Below, in pieces: positions 48,607 to 59,828 of a DNA stretch of 64,000 nucleotides. Both the position numbers and the translations under genes were made by a program. Under the pieces are notes generated by a model, which did not search any database, was not told the origin of the DNA, and was given only the letters and a program-made list of their open reading frames with translations. Positions within the stretch are counted from its first letter, which is position 1. Each line of letters begins with the position of its first letter. Source of the DNA: Spongospora subterranea f. sp. subterranea. Its lineage: Eukaryota. The DNA lies in NCBI GenBank assembly GCA_049724395.1, contig JAUGWO010000133.1, forward strand, positions 1 to 64,000. The letters run 5' to 3'.

Positions 48607-49326
48607 TTACGGTTTGGTTAAATTGTAGGTTTTCACCAACTCATTCACAGCTTCCCGGACTTCGTCTCTAACTTCATCGCGAATCATTTTGGCTATTTGC
48701 TTCACATTCACCTTATCTCCAGTGCTTGTCGAATTAGCCCCATCATCCGTCACATTACTACCAGGCAATGATGTTCCGTAACCGGTCGATGTCCCGTTAC
48801 CGCCCGATGTCCCGTTACTCAGACTTGTCCCGTTACCGGTCCCGGTCCCGTTACCGCCCGATGTCCCGTTACTCAGACTTGTCCCGTTACCGGCCGATGT
48901 CCCGTTATTCAAACCTGTCCCGTTACCGGCCGAGGTCCCGTTACCCAGACTTGTCCCGTTACCTGGCGATGTTCCGTTGCCGGGGAAAGTTTGATTGATC
49001 GGCGATGTTGTGTTATCCGGCAATGTTCCATTGCTATACCCTGTCCGATTCCCCAGGTTGGTGTCGTTTTTCAGAAGCGTCAGAATTCGCGTCTCTGTTT
49101 GATTCAGTAAGTCGGCCAGAGAAAGATTCGACGACGGCGCTGATTTTGGTGGATGGATCGGCAACGGCGCCGGGGAAGTGGTATTGAGTCCGATTGCGGT
49201 CCCAACTGTTTCCAATAATGAATAAAGTTCGAGGAATTGCGACGGAGACAGATTAGCGGCGTTCGGAGATGCCATGGCCCTGGCCGCGAATATGATCGAG
49301 AACAAATATAGATGGCGTATGATCAT
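48607..49326 (-). CDS. Secreted glycoprotein with about 12 hexapeptide xNGTxx repeats
   Basis: Signal-peptide-like MIIRHLYLFSIIFAARAMA; 18-bp DNA repeats ~48770-48985; intact single-exon ATG ORF. Confidence 0.85.
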   Translation of the reverse strand: MIIRHLYLFSIIFAARAMASPNAANLSPSQFLELYSLLETVGTAIGLNTTSPAPLPIHPPKSAPSSNLSLADLLNQTETRILTLLKNDTNLGNRTGYSNGTLPDNTTSPINQTFPGNGTSPGNGTSLGNGTSAGNGTGLNNGTSAGNGTSLSNGTSGGNGTGTGNGTSLSNGTSGGNGTSTGYGTSLPGSNVTDDGANSTSTGDKVNVKQIAKMIRDEVRDEVREAVNELVKTYNLTKP

Positions 49327-49995
49327 GATATTACACGAACACGAATACTTCCGAAATATACTTTGGAGTTCCGTTCCCAGCGAGCCGGTCCTGTGTTAAC
49401 AGCGGAACCAGGTGCTGTGAGTCATTCGACATGATGATGAGATGACTCATGCTGATCAAATCTTCTTCAATGTTAGAAAGAGTGAAAAAAAAATCGGAAC
49501 ATTAAGTTGGAATATCCAACTGGTATTGTTAGCAAAACTACTTGTATGTTTGACCGTGAAAAAGATTGGAGGAGCTGGAAACCGGAATCTGTTCTAACTG
49601 TCGCGTTAACTTCTATTGTGTGGACATGACAAGTCGGATACGGTTGCATTGTTGATTCCACATTGTTTACAGGCCACGGTTGTCGAGCCTTTTTCAAACA
49701 AATCGGAACTTCGACTTTTGATGTTGCTCTGTCTGTGCGAGCGATTCGCCCGTCGTCCTTCGAAAACAATGGAAGGTTATCAGCAGCTGTGAGGGGGTAC
49801 GCTGTCGCTGGGCAAGTAAAAGTCAGAGAAGAGCAACGAACAAACCGACGGGACGATGACCTCACAGCAACAAAATAATTGGGTTCTTGAAACTGTTCAG
49901 GTCAGAACTCGTTGCGGAGCCATCAAAAAATTTAGAGGTTCCATAAAGTCTTCCCTAGCAGAGTTCGTGTTTTTCAAATCGGTTCTGCTGAAGGT

Positions 49996-51687
49996 TTGAA
50001 ACGTTATTCGCCAAACCGGTCAACTCGTGATCAATTTCTGTACGAAATCCGATATCTTTTCGACCAGATGAAGGAACCGTGTTTGGTTTTCTTGGAACGG
50101 GGCCTGGCCCATTATTCCTCAAGTAGGTTTCATCAGGCTGAAGCCGAGTTCCAACTGGGTCTTGACCATAACCCATCTGACTCTCTATCGTCGGAACTGC
50201 ATGTACGCCTTGGTCATGTTCTGTGGCAGATTAGGGCCAGCCCCGATCGTTGCCTTCATCATCTTCGCGCAATGTCCCAATTCCGCTCGCCGACCGACGC
50301 GATCATTTCCCTGCGCGCCGACCTATCGCGTCTTCTGTATCAGCCCAGCGACGCCCTATCGGATTATCATTATTTGCTGTCTCTGGACAAATCTGACCAG
50401 AGCCCGCGTTTCTATCGGGCCTGTGCTCATCTCTGGCTTTATAAAGGCGACATCAATCGCTGTGAACGGGATTTGTCTCGCGCCATTCGCTGCGGTACCG
50501 GCCCCGAACGCCATTCAGCTCGTGTTCAATTGGCGCGCATGCATTATCGTTTAGGAAACTCTGCCAAGTCTGCCGAGGAAGCCACATCTGTTTTGGCTGA
50601 GGGTAGATCGTGTCGGGGAATAGGGAAACGCATTGACCTTGTTTGGTGTCAGATCCGAATCAAATTGGCGCGATGGCGGTTTTGTGTGCGAGCGCCATCA
50701 AGATGGGCGATATGGGACTAGCTCGCACCATTGGGAAACAATTGAGTCGATCGTCCACCGACCAGGAGGCGCTCCTGGCTTTGGGCCAGTTGCGCCAGGC
50801 CGAGGGCGACACTCCAGGAGCTCTGGCCTCATATTCGCGAATCCTGGACGGAATACGCCACGATCCCATTGAGAAATCCTATTCGTGCGACGTCGAGTTA
50901 GAAGCCAGGCGTAAACGCGCCTTTCTCTATAAGTCACGAGGCCATTTCGACCTGGCTTTACTAGAGTACAATACCGCCATTAGTTCAGTGAATTCTTGTC
51001 AGTATCCGATCGTTTGCTTTCAGCGTTTCATTTACCCTCTAGGGTGATTTCCGACTCGGGGTCTTGTGCGTTTGTTTGGGCTCAGATTGCGATGGTGATG
51101 ATCTGGGCGAGATCCTCTTTGAACGAGCGGCACTATACGAAGCGGTGTGGACACCTGGCGATAATATCAGTGACCAGCACGCGTTGTTGGACTTGTCCAG
51201 AGCGATTCACTTCTCGCCAATGTGTTCGGCAGCACATGCGCTGAGAGGGCGCATCAGATCGGACCATTTGCAATTGCACAATTTGGCCAAACGAGATTTG
51301 ACCCGGGGCATCGAATTGGGTTTAGATGATGTGACGATTTACTTGGCACGGGCGCAATCCGCCATGAAAATCGGCGAAAATCAATTGGCGATTGAGGATT
51401 TGACGCGTTGCCTGAAGGTTCTGAACGAGTCCGAGAACAATTCCATCAATCCTGGTTTCTGACTGTCCTCTTAGGAGAAATCTGATCGTCACGATATATT
51501 GTTCATGAGAGGAACAGTACTGATGAACATTGGTCAACTTGATATGGCCTATCAGGACATCAGATCGGCTTGCGATCTGGACCAGAGTAACCCCAGATAT
51601 AGGGGTTATTTGCAGCAAATCCAAAGGAAAAAGCGCTCGTTTGCGCAGATCGCCTTAGCCGATACACAATGCGCAAATACAATGTAG
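49996..51687 (+). CDS. TPR-repeat protein, multi-exon (true start probably further upstream)
   Basis: Repeated TPR-like helices, e.g. FLERGLAHY...AEAEFQLGL, YLARAQSAMKIGENQLAIEDLTRCL, AYQDIRSACDLDQSN. Confidence 0.8.
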
Positions 51688-52137
51688 AGGATTTCAATTT
51701 CCGTACAAAGCTCGTTTATTTGCGTTTCTCGCGTCTTGTCGACTCTCAACGCGAATCGATAGAAAGAGGAAAATTTCCCTTATTTGGGCGGAAATTCTCA
51801 CACATCTCAAGAACTATTTGCACAATACTCCACAGAACACTCCCGCGATGTTAAATAATTGTTCCTGGTTATCCAGTGAAACCCGCATTGAACTTCCCCT
51901 CACGCTTTGGCAAATGTAGCTCAAAATCGTGTTTGATGCGTTTGGAGGTAATCAACGTTCCAAACGCCCAACAACATGACCATTATCAAAGCAATTGCTT
52001 TCCAGAATAGCTAGATGTGCGCTAGACCAAGCAATAATGTTGAGAATAACGGAAGCCTGACAAGATTCAAAGCATTGATCACGCGCCAACATTAACAAGG
52101 CGAACCATCGGAGGATGCGAGATGTGATATGTATTGT

Positions 52138-54676
52138 TTACTCGGTAGATGGTGGGCCAGACATGTTCGCAAAACCAATTATTCGAGTACGGATGGAATT
52201 AGGTAGAGCCGCTATCTTGGAGTAAACCTCTTGGGCGATCTCCGAATCAATTTGACAGATCATGTATCCGATTTTCCTGATCCAAAAACCACCTCAACAC
52301 AGGTTACTACGTGGAACCGTTCAAAAGCCAACATCAAGTTGAAAAAAACGTGAAACTGACGAATTCAAGGAATCATATACTACCCGTGAGTTCCTAGCAC
52401 TTGAGCTGAAATATTGTAGTCGGATAACACATTGTTGATTTCCTGAGGACATCAATAAGTTTTGTTTTGTTAACGCAGTGAAACAACGGATTCGTACACG
52501 CAGGACTCCTGGAACATTATGGTGAACGTTTAGAATGCGAGTCTTCGAGTATTCGCAAGGTAGAGCGATATGGGGAAAGTTGACAGCCGTGACCTGTTTG
52601 AAAATTAGTTCTGAAAACCTCTTAAGGGCGATTTGCCGCTGACAGAGCTTCCGGACTCAACGTAGTCGATAAGTTTCTCGGCAACTTCGGTGCCAATATT
52701 CTCTTGTGCCTCTTCCGTAGACCCCCCTAGCGTGGAATACACATCCCCGTATCAAAAACAGCCAAAAAGATGACTATAAATCGCAAAGGTTGAGATGAGA
52801 TGCAGCTCCGGAGTTCAAAATCCGAAAATATACAATTTGTTAAAGAGTAATCACCTATATGAGAGGTAAGGATTGTGTTTGGGCAGTTCTGTAGAACAGA
52901 TACAAAGTCTCCTCCTGCTGCAGGTTCACTTGGAAACACGTCAATGGCCGCACCAAGAAGGGTCTACGAACGGCGATCAACACACATATGCATTGAAGGA
53001 ACTTGCAATTGATGTATATAAAAAGCTCAGAAAGAAAATTAGTGGACCGCAAAAATCGAAAAACAGACGAGTAATAGAGACAGCATTGATTGACTGTGAT
53101 AATATCGAAACTCCAATATCTGATCACCTTGGATTTGAGGGCGGCTGCCAGCGCGTCATGATCAACACACTTTCCACGGGCGAAGTTTAACAGGAAAGAT
53201 GCCCCCTGGAGCCAGGCATTAACATTCATGAAAGTTCTACTGGTAAACGTAAAAACCTGTTTCATCTGACTAATCTCTCTTTCGCCAATGAGGTTAATTG
53301 TCGATTGCGTCAGCGGAACATGCAGCGAAACGAAATCAGATTCGGAAAGGAGCTGGAGAATTAGTCAGCAAAATTGTTTAACCAGGTTGAATCTGATAAC
53401 CTGCTGCTGGGTGTTGGTCGCCTGTGCATTTCCAAGAGGCATGCAGCGGTCAATGTCAAAAAATATGACCCGCATGCCCAGGGCCTCGGCAAGAACCGAA
53501 AGTTGGGATCCGACATGGCCTGTTTACAAGCAACCAACATTAGGATCCGGAAGATGGAGCGTCACAAGGCCAGATGAAAACAATTAAAAATTACAAAAAG
53601 TACCGACCATATCCAATGATACCGAGAGTCTTTCCTCGTACTTCATATCGATTTTTAGCGGCTTTGAGCCAGATTCCCTTAAACGGCGTTTAGATGACAT
53701 GATTAACTCGTATATCAAATATCGTTATTGTAAAAGAAATTAGAGTCACCAAAGCGTGTTGTTTAACCAAATGAGTCAAGACTAGGCTACAAGAAGGGCA
53801 ATTTCTAACCTGATGCATTGCAGTATTGCAGTCACCCAAACTGCGGGCAAGCCCAATTATGCAAGCGATGGCAATCTCGGCAACACTCCTTGTGTTTGCG
53901 AAAGGAGACATTGAACACGGGAACACCGAGGCTCCCGGCCGTTTCCAGATCGGTTTGATCGGTTCCTGAGAAAATTTATGCAGTCAGGATTCATCAGGCC
54001 GAACTCGAAACTGCAAAGTTACGAACCAATACAAAAACAACCAATTGCAACTGGTTCTGTTTTGCATACAGACTGGAGAATCTCGGCCGTTAACTGTGTT
54101 TTCGATCGCACTCCGATAATGTTGGCCTAAAACCCATCTTATGGGAGTGACAACACTAATATCGATATTCAGATCCCCTACCGATGGGATCTTTGACAAC
54201 AGCGTCTGCTTGTCTATTTTAGCGAACATTTCGACTTCGTACCCGCGACGTTCAAACGCGTCAATTGCGCTCTGACTTACTGCCTCCAAAAGGAGGACGC
54301 GAACTGGTTTCTGATGGGCATTTACAAGGCTTCGCGGGTTCGATGACTCGCCCTGAGATTGGCGTTCTCCCTGAATAGATCGCACCATTATCACCAAATG
54401 GAGGCTGCAAATGACAGCCAAGGTCTGTTCACCGCGCTGGCCCTGTTGATGGGACAGGTCTGATAGACCCTCTGTCGGCCAGGCTGCCCATCGGAGGCTC
54501 CATCCCGCTGATCCCTTTCGAGCCACAGGAATCCCCAACCAGCAGGCGCGTCGTCCATGGGCCGATCACACCCCCCAGTCTCGATTCGGCAGCTCGTTCA
54601 GGCGAAACACCTAAGTGGTCTCGTTACAATGGGTCACTGTGCCAAAGTAGTCGTTCATCGGGTCGGCAGTTGCCAT
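52138..54676 (-). CDS. serA: D-3-phosphoglycerate dehydrogenase with C-terminal ACT domain, multi-exon
   Basis: VLLLEAV, IGCFCIG, PFANTRSVAE, RGKTLGIIG, SLHVP, LLNFARG, LTSHIG, RILNVHHNVPGVL; start codon inferred. Confidence 0.93.
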
Positions 54677-55209
54677 CACGCCGCACTCCCACTCGGCCGT
54701 CCCACTGCGGTCGGAACTGCCCTGTCTCCTTTGATTGTGGTGCTGCCGTTTTGGTTGACGATAACGATCGATTTGGTCGGCATATGCATTGCATCGACAT
54801 GTTTTTTTTTTCGTTTTGGTGGGAGTTGACTGCCCGCCGATTGCAGCAGCAATGCTGATTTGACAAATTCCGTTTCATCGATGCGAGAATTAGTAGAGTG
54901 AACTCGAGTTTACATCCGACGGTTGAATCAGTTATCGGAGTTATAAATCAGTATATACTCATGCTATACGATTGGAGGCGTACATGTTGTGTCTACAAGG
55001 ACACGGATCCACAAATTTATGAAATGATGTTGTTGTTGATGGTTCTGTTTGGCGTATTGACAGTTCTTTCGTATTCACATCTACCATAGAATAATTCATG
55101 ATGGGTCCCTTTGTCGCGACATGCCCTATCGCTTGTGCCCGCCAGTGCAGTGTTCTAGTGAAACTCAGTTGGTGTGAAATCACCTTTACTCCCTCTTTAT
55201 GTTTACAAT

Positions 55210-55520
55210 GGTCAATGGTGCTAAATGCCCAAACAGAACACGTGATGGATGTTTGAACTTTGCAAAGATGGAAAATATATCGCGATAATTGAAGAATCAT
55301 GTCAAGTTTTCGTGTTTCCAGATTGCACTCAAAGTGATCTCATTAGTCCCCCTGCGGGGGTGACAAGCGCATTCGATATTATGATCACTTTTTGAGTGCA
55401 GATCTGGAAACAGAAAACTTGACATGATTCTTCAATTATCGCAATATAATCTCTCTCTTTGCAAGGTTTTTGTTCGAACATCAACAATCACATTACTGTT
55501 TTCCTATAGCCACCTTGTTA
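55210..55520. repeat. Imperfect palindrome (MITE-like fold-back)
   Basis: gataattgaagaatcatgtcaagttttc...gaaaacttgacatgattcttcaattatc, with flanking degenerate complementarity. Confidence 0.8.
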
Positions 55521-56384
55521 CAGATCGCGAAATTCTCGTAGGCTCTAATCCTGGCTGAACATATTACACCGGGTTATAAAATGTTCGCGAGATTGTATCA
55601 ATGACTGCGACACTCATGTTGATCGAGTCGCCAGCAGAGTGTGCATCTGACAGCTTAAAATGTAATGAACAAGTTACTGTTAACGAATTCCACTGGTGTC
55701 GTGTTGCTCGCATCTCATCCACAACGGACACAGGTTCACATCACTTTCGAAAACGGTCGTCTCTCTTATTACATGTTCTATGTTGAGATTTGATATACTG
55801 AGAAGAAGGCATTTCCGAAAGCAGCGGTTGATAGGATGTGGCCCGCTTGAACAATTTCATGAAAAAATGAATTGCCCATTGTGATTAGAGAACGAAATGG
55901 GAGAGACGACGGCTTTCGAAGCTGCCTTCACACAACAGGCTAGTGTTCTTCGCTGCATTATGTGAGAAACTGAAATAGCTCTGCTTGTAAAAATGAGTTA
56001 CGACACACTGACATTGAAGTTTCAAATTTTCTGCCAGTTTCTACGCAATGGAGAATTCTCAGTATGTTGGTAGATCAACATAATCAGAGAGATTGCTTGT
56101 TCGTCCGTCAGCCTTGGGGCGATCATTCTTCTCTATTCTTGCTGAAATTCACTCAATGACTACTGTATCCGAAACGTTGGTTTTTACTTATTGAGTTTTA
56201 AATCTGTGACGGCAAACTCAACTCAACAACCAAACCCAAAACCCGTCCGAAATCTCTCTATTAATGCGGCCAGTGAATTCTGCAGGACCCTAGAAAGGTG
56301 TGAATTAACTGGCAGCAATCGCGGGCCTACTTTGATCAATCGGGCCAGTGAATGCGGCCAGTTATTAACTAATCTTACTCTAAT

Positions 56385-56519
56385 CTTGCCGCGCGTGGCA
56401 ATCTGAGAGTATGCCGCGCGTGGCAATCTGTGGACGGGAGTATGCCGCGCGTGGCAATCTGTGACGGGAGTGTGCCACGCGTGGCAATCTGTGACGGGAG
56501 TGTGCCACGCGTGGCAAGA
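56385..56519 (+). repeat. ~30-bp tandem array, 5 copies of a palindromic core TGCC(A/G)CGCGTGGCA
   Basis: Directly visible in the sequence. Confidence 0.9.
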
Positions 56520-56694
56520 ACTACTCTAACTACTGTACCGATTAGTATTGATATTGGTATGAATATTGATATCGGTACTGTACTGATATCGATTCTATTG
56601 GTTGTATTGGGCGATCGCTCGATACGGTACTCGATCGTATTCATTGAGCGATCGCCCAATATTTTCCGGTTATTGCGAAGCCTGCGCGATAATG

Positions 56695-56999
56695 ATCTGT
56701 TTCGATGGGCAGGGTTGCAGGCCTATTTGGGAATGGCGTACAGATTATGGTTATAACCGACTCTTTTTGACCCTTGTTGAATGGCTGATTCCCATGGCTA
56801 AATCCCTGTTATAGGACAAAGGCGGTCATCCAAGCGACACGATGAGAATAATCGAATTATGGAACTTCTAAGGCATCAATAGCTGGTGGCGGCCTGGATT
56901 TAGCCATTGGAATCAGCCAGATTCAAGAACAGGTCGGTTATGACCATTCTCTGAATGGCATCTCCTAGATGCGCCTGCAACCCTGCCCATCGAAACAGG
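56695..56999. repeat. ~105-bp imperfect inverted repeat
   Basis: ctgtttcgatgggcagggttgcaggc...atggctaaatcc versus ggatttagccat...gcctgcaaccctgcccatcgaaacag. Confidence 0.8.
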
Positions 57000-57017
57000 T
57001 CCATGGGCTCCAAGCCT

Positions 57018-57850
57018 ATTCCGTTTTTGACTGTTTTCCAAGCAATGTGTCAGTCCGGATTCGCCAAGATTCGGGTTTACATTCCTTTTAACCGCAAGCA
57101 GCCTTTGGTTTCATTTTTCGGGAGATCGGACAAAGTCTTCGATGAAGACAATCCGATGTATGATCATGATATCATTGCTGATGTTGACGTCACTTGCCCA
57201 ATCAAGTTCGGTCTGCTGAAGAATGCTCAAGTCAACAACTGCAAGGTGCATTTTATGCACCTCAACGCGGGCAATGGAGGCGGATCCCTGGAATTCAATT
57301 TCACTGATCCGTTGTTAAATGGTATTAAAGCCTGTATTTATCCTGAAGCCGCTCGCTGGGTCAAGTCATCGAAGCGGTGCAGCCATAAGCCGATCATCAA
57401 TCGCAGCGGCTTCCGCTATCCAAGCAATGGCCAAGAGCTGCTGGCTTTGTTTTTGGGCTGAGCTGGTGGGCAACGATGGCTTGACTCCTCTGATGGGTTT
57501 ATCGTATCGAGTACCGCATCGAACGACAATACCCTTTTAACATCGGATCCGTGAAATTGAATTCCAGGGATCCGCCTCCATTTCCCGCGTTGAGGTGCAT
57601 AAAATGCACCTTGCAATTGCTGACTTAGGGCATTTTTCAGCAGACCGAAAACCACCATTTCCTTGATTGGGCAAGTGACACCAACATCAGCAATGATATC
57701 ATGATCATACATCGGATTGTCTTCATCGAAGACTTGCCCGATCTCCTGAAAAAATGCAACCAAAGGCTGCTTTTGGTTGAAAGGTATATAAACCCGAATC
57801 TTGGCGAATCCGGACTGACACATTGCTTGGAAAACAGTCAAAAACGGAAT
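57018..57850. repeat. ~310-bp inverted duplication of a coding-like fragment
   Basis: ORFs 56955-57461(+) and 57416-57841(-) share TVFQAMCQSGFAKIRVYIPFN...DEDNPMYDHDIIADV. Confidence 0.9.
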
Positions 57851-58023
57851 GAATTAGGGAAGTAATAGTGAATTATGGAAGTGATAGTGATTTAAGGAAG
57901 TGAGAGTGAATTAGGGAAGTGATAGTGAATTAGGAAAGTGATAGTGAATTAGGAAAGTGATAGTGAATTAGGAAAGTGATATTGAATTATGGAAGTGATA
58001 GTGAATTAGGGGAGTGATATTGA
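57850..58023 (+). repeat. 19-bp minisatellite, 9 copies of TGAATTAGG(G/A)AAGTGATAG
   Basis: Directly visible in the sequence. Confidence 0.92.
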
Positions 58024-58042
58024 GGTAGAGTCTGGTCGCAGT

Positions 58043-59828
58043 GAGCGGGAAATCCATTCTGTCCGCCAGGACTGTACCCTATGTGACGAGACTGGCGGAT
58101 GGAAAGGATTCTGTCCACCGGTAGGGTGCACTGTACTAGTTGTCAGGTTGCGCTCCTCTATGGTCAGTTCGAGACGACGGAGTTAAATCAACTGTAAAAA
58201 TAAAATGTTCGGATTCTTGCGGAATCTCGTCCCAAACTGCCGATTGTCCCGGAGACTTTACCAGTCTATGACGCAGCTGTTGTTCCAGAAGCTCCACCCG
58301 CACATGACGCAGAACAGGCGTCGATTGTGCAGCCGATCCCTGTTTTTTTAACCCTGGTTCCGCAAACGCGCCGCATCTCACGGAACCCTTAAACGCCGTT
58401 CTGGCAATTGCACCCTTTACCGGTAACTGGCCTGCGTTTACAAAACCTTTCCAAGAGATGGCAAGGGAAAACGGCACCATGATCGAGTTTGACACGAAAA
58501 ATCGTTTTTTATTGAATTATGGGGTCAGCAATTCCGCTACTGCAGCACTCCAATTGATGAACACGAAGGTGTATGGGACGTTGTTTCCACTGTATCTTCT
58601 GCCGACAATGTGGCCACCGCTCACCGTTCCTAATGAAGACGATGGATGTCATCCCGTTATGTTCGTGTCCTGACTTTGCGTGTTGTCGAATCCCATGTCG
58701 ACACATTGCTGCCGTATGCTCTGCGATGAACGTCGATCCCATGGATGTAAAGTATCTGACTCCCCGATGGCGTCTTGATCAACACCCGTTATGGCAAATT
58801 GCATACTGCCGCGTCAACCAGAGCATATCGCCTCTGACTAACGCCATCTTCAATGTAGGCACGACGGCAATTGTGCCGTCTGTCTACGATGACGCATATG
58901 CCCAAATCACAGTGCCCCAGGTGAACTTCCATTACCGCCATTTAATGCAAGCCGCCAAGGAAGTCGTTCAAGTCGGGCAGACCAGTGTCGCTGCATTCAA
59001 ACGGACAATTATGGCCTTCAACGCTCTATGTATCGACTCGAAAGAACCAGTGCCAGTCGAATCATCTGTCGAAGCGGTGCCGTCTGGTTTTGCCAGTATT
59101 CGAGCGCCGATTGCCAAAAGTGTCAAGAAGCGCGGGCGGCGATCGAACGACGAACTCGTAAATCGGTCAGCTCTACAAACTCGGCATTCAACCAAGAAGG
59201 CAAGACACTGCAAAACCTGTAAAGAGCACGGATTGACCGCCAAGGATCACCGTTCAGGTGGCCGGTGTCCTTTTTGGGTAAAACCGGTGCAGCAATTAAT
59301 TTAGACCGCACACATTGTGGAAGTCGTCGCAGACTGTTCGTCTGATGACACCTGCTCAGAATCGAACAATATTCCACTGATACAGCGCTTTGCTGACTGA
59401 GGTTCCACGAACCAAAGCAGATCGCAGTTCTGACGAGGACATTATTGTCTTCATGGCTGCGAATGCATTGTTACACAATGAATAAATACAATTTACAAAT
59501 CAAACATTCAATTTCTCTGTGCAAATCGTTTGTCTTAATGCGGAAGGTGCAGTGTCGGGGCAATTATTTACATTTATTGTGTAACTGCATCGCATTTGCC
59601 GCCATGAAGTCAATGATATTTTCGTCTGAGCTGCGATACCTCCGCCAGAACGCGCTGTATCAATGGACTATTGTTCTTTTACATAGTGGAACAACTGTGC
59701 GCAACCTTGCTACAGTGCACTTTACTGGCGGACAGAATCCTTTCCATCCGCCAGTCTCGTCACATACGTAGGGTACTGGCGGACAGAATCCAGTCTGTCC
59801 GCCGGCGGACAGAAAGATTTCCCCGTTC
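58043..59828 (+). mobile_element. MULE (Mutator-like) element, internally deleted, with ~95-bp TIRs
   Basis: TIRs 58043-58135 and 59711-59828; SWIM finger CSCPDFACCRIPCRHIAAV, LTPRWRL, KKRGR, C-terminal CKTC...H...C; no DDE core seen. Confidence 0.85.

Noticed and set aside
48768..48998. SRYRPM repeat protein on the + strand
   Set aside because: It is the antisense shadow of the NGT-repeat gene.
56385..56519. CRISPR-like array
   Set aside because: The intervening sequences are near-identical rather than unique spacers; eukaryotic context and no cas genes.
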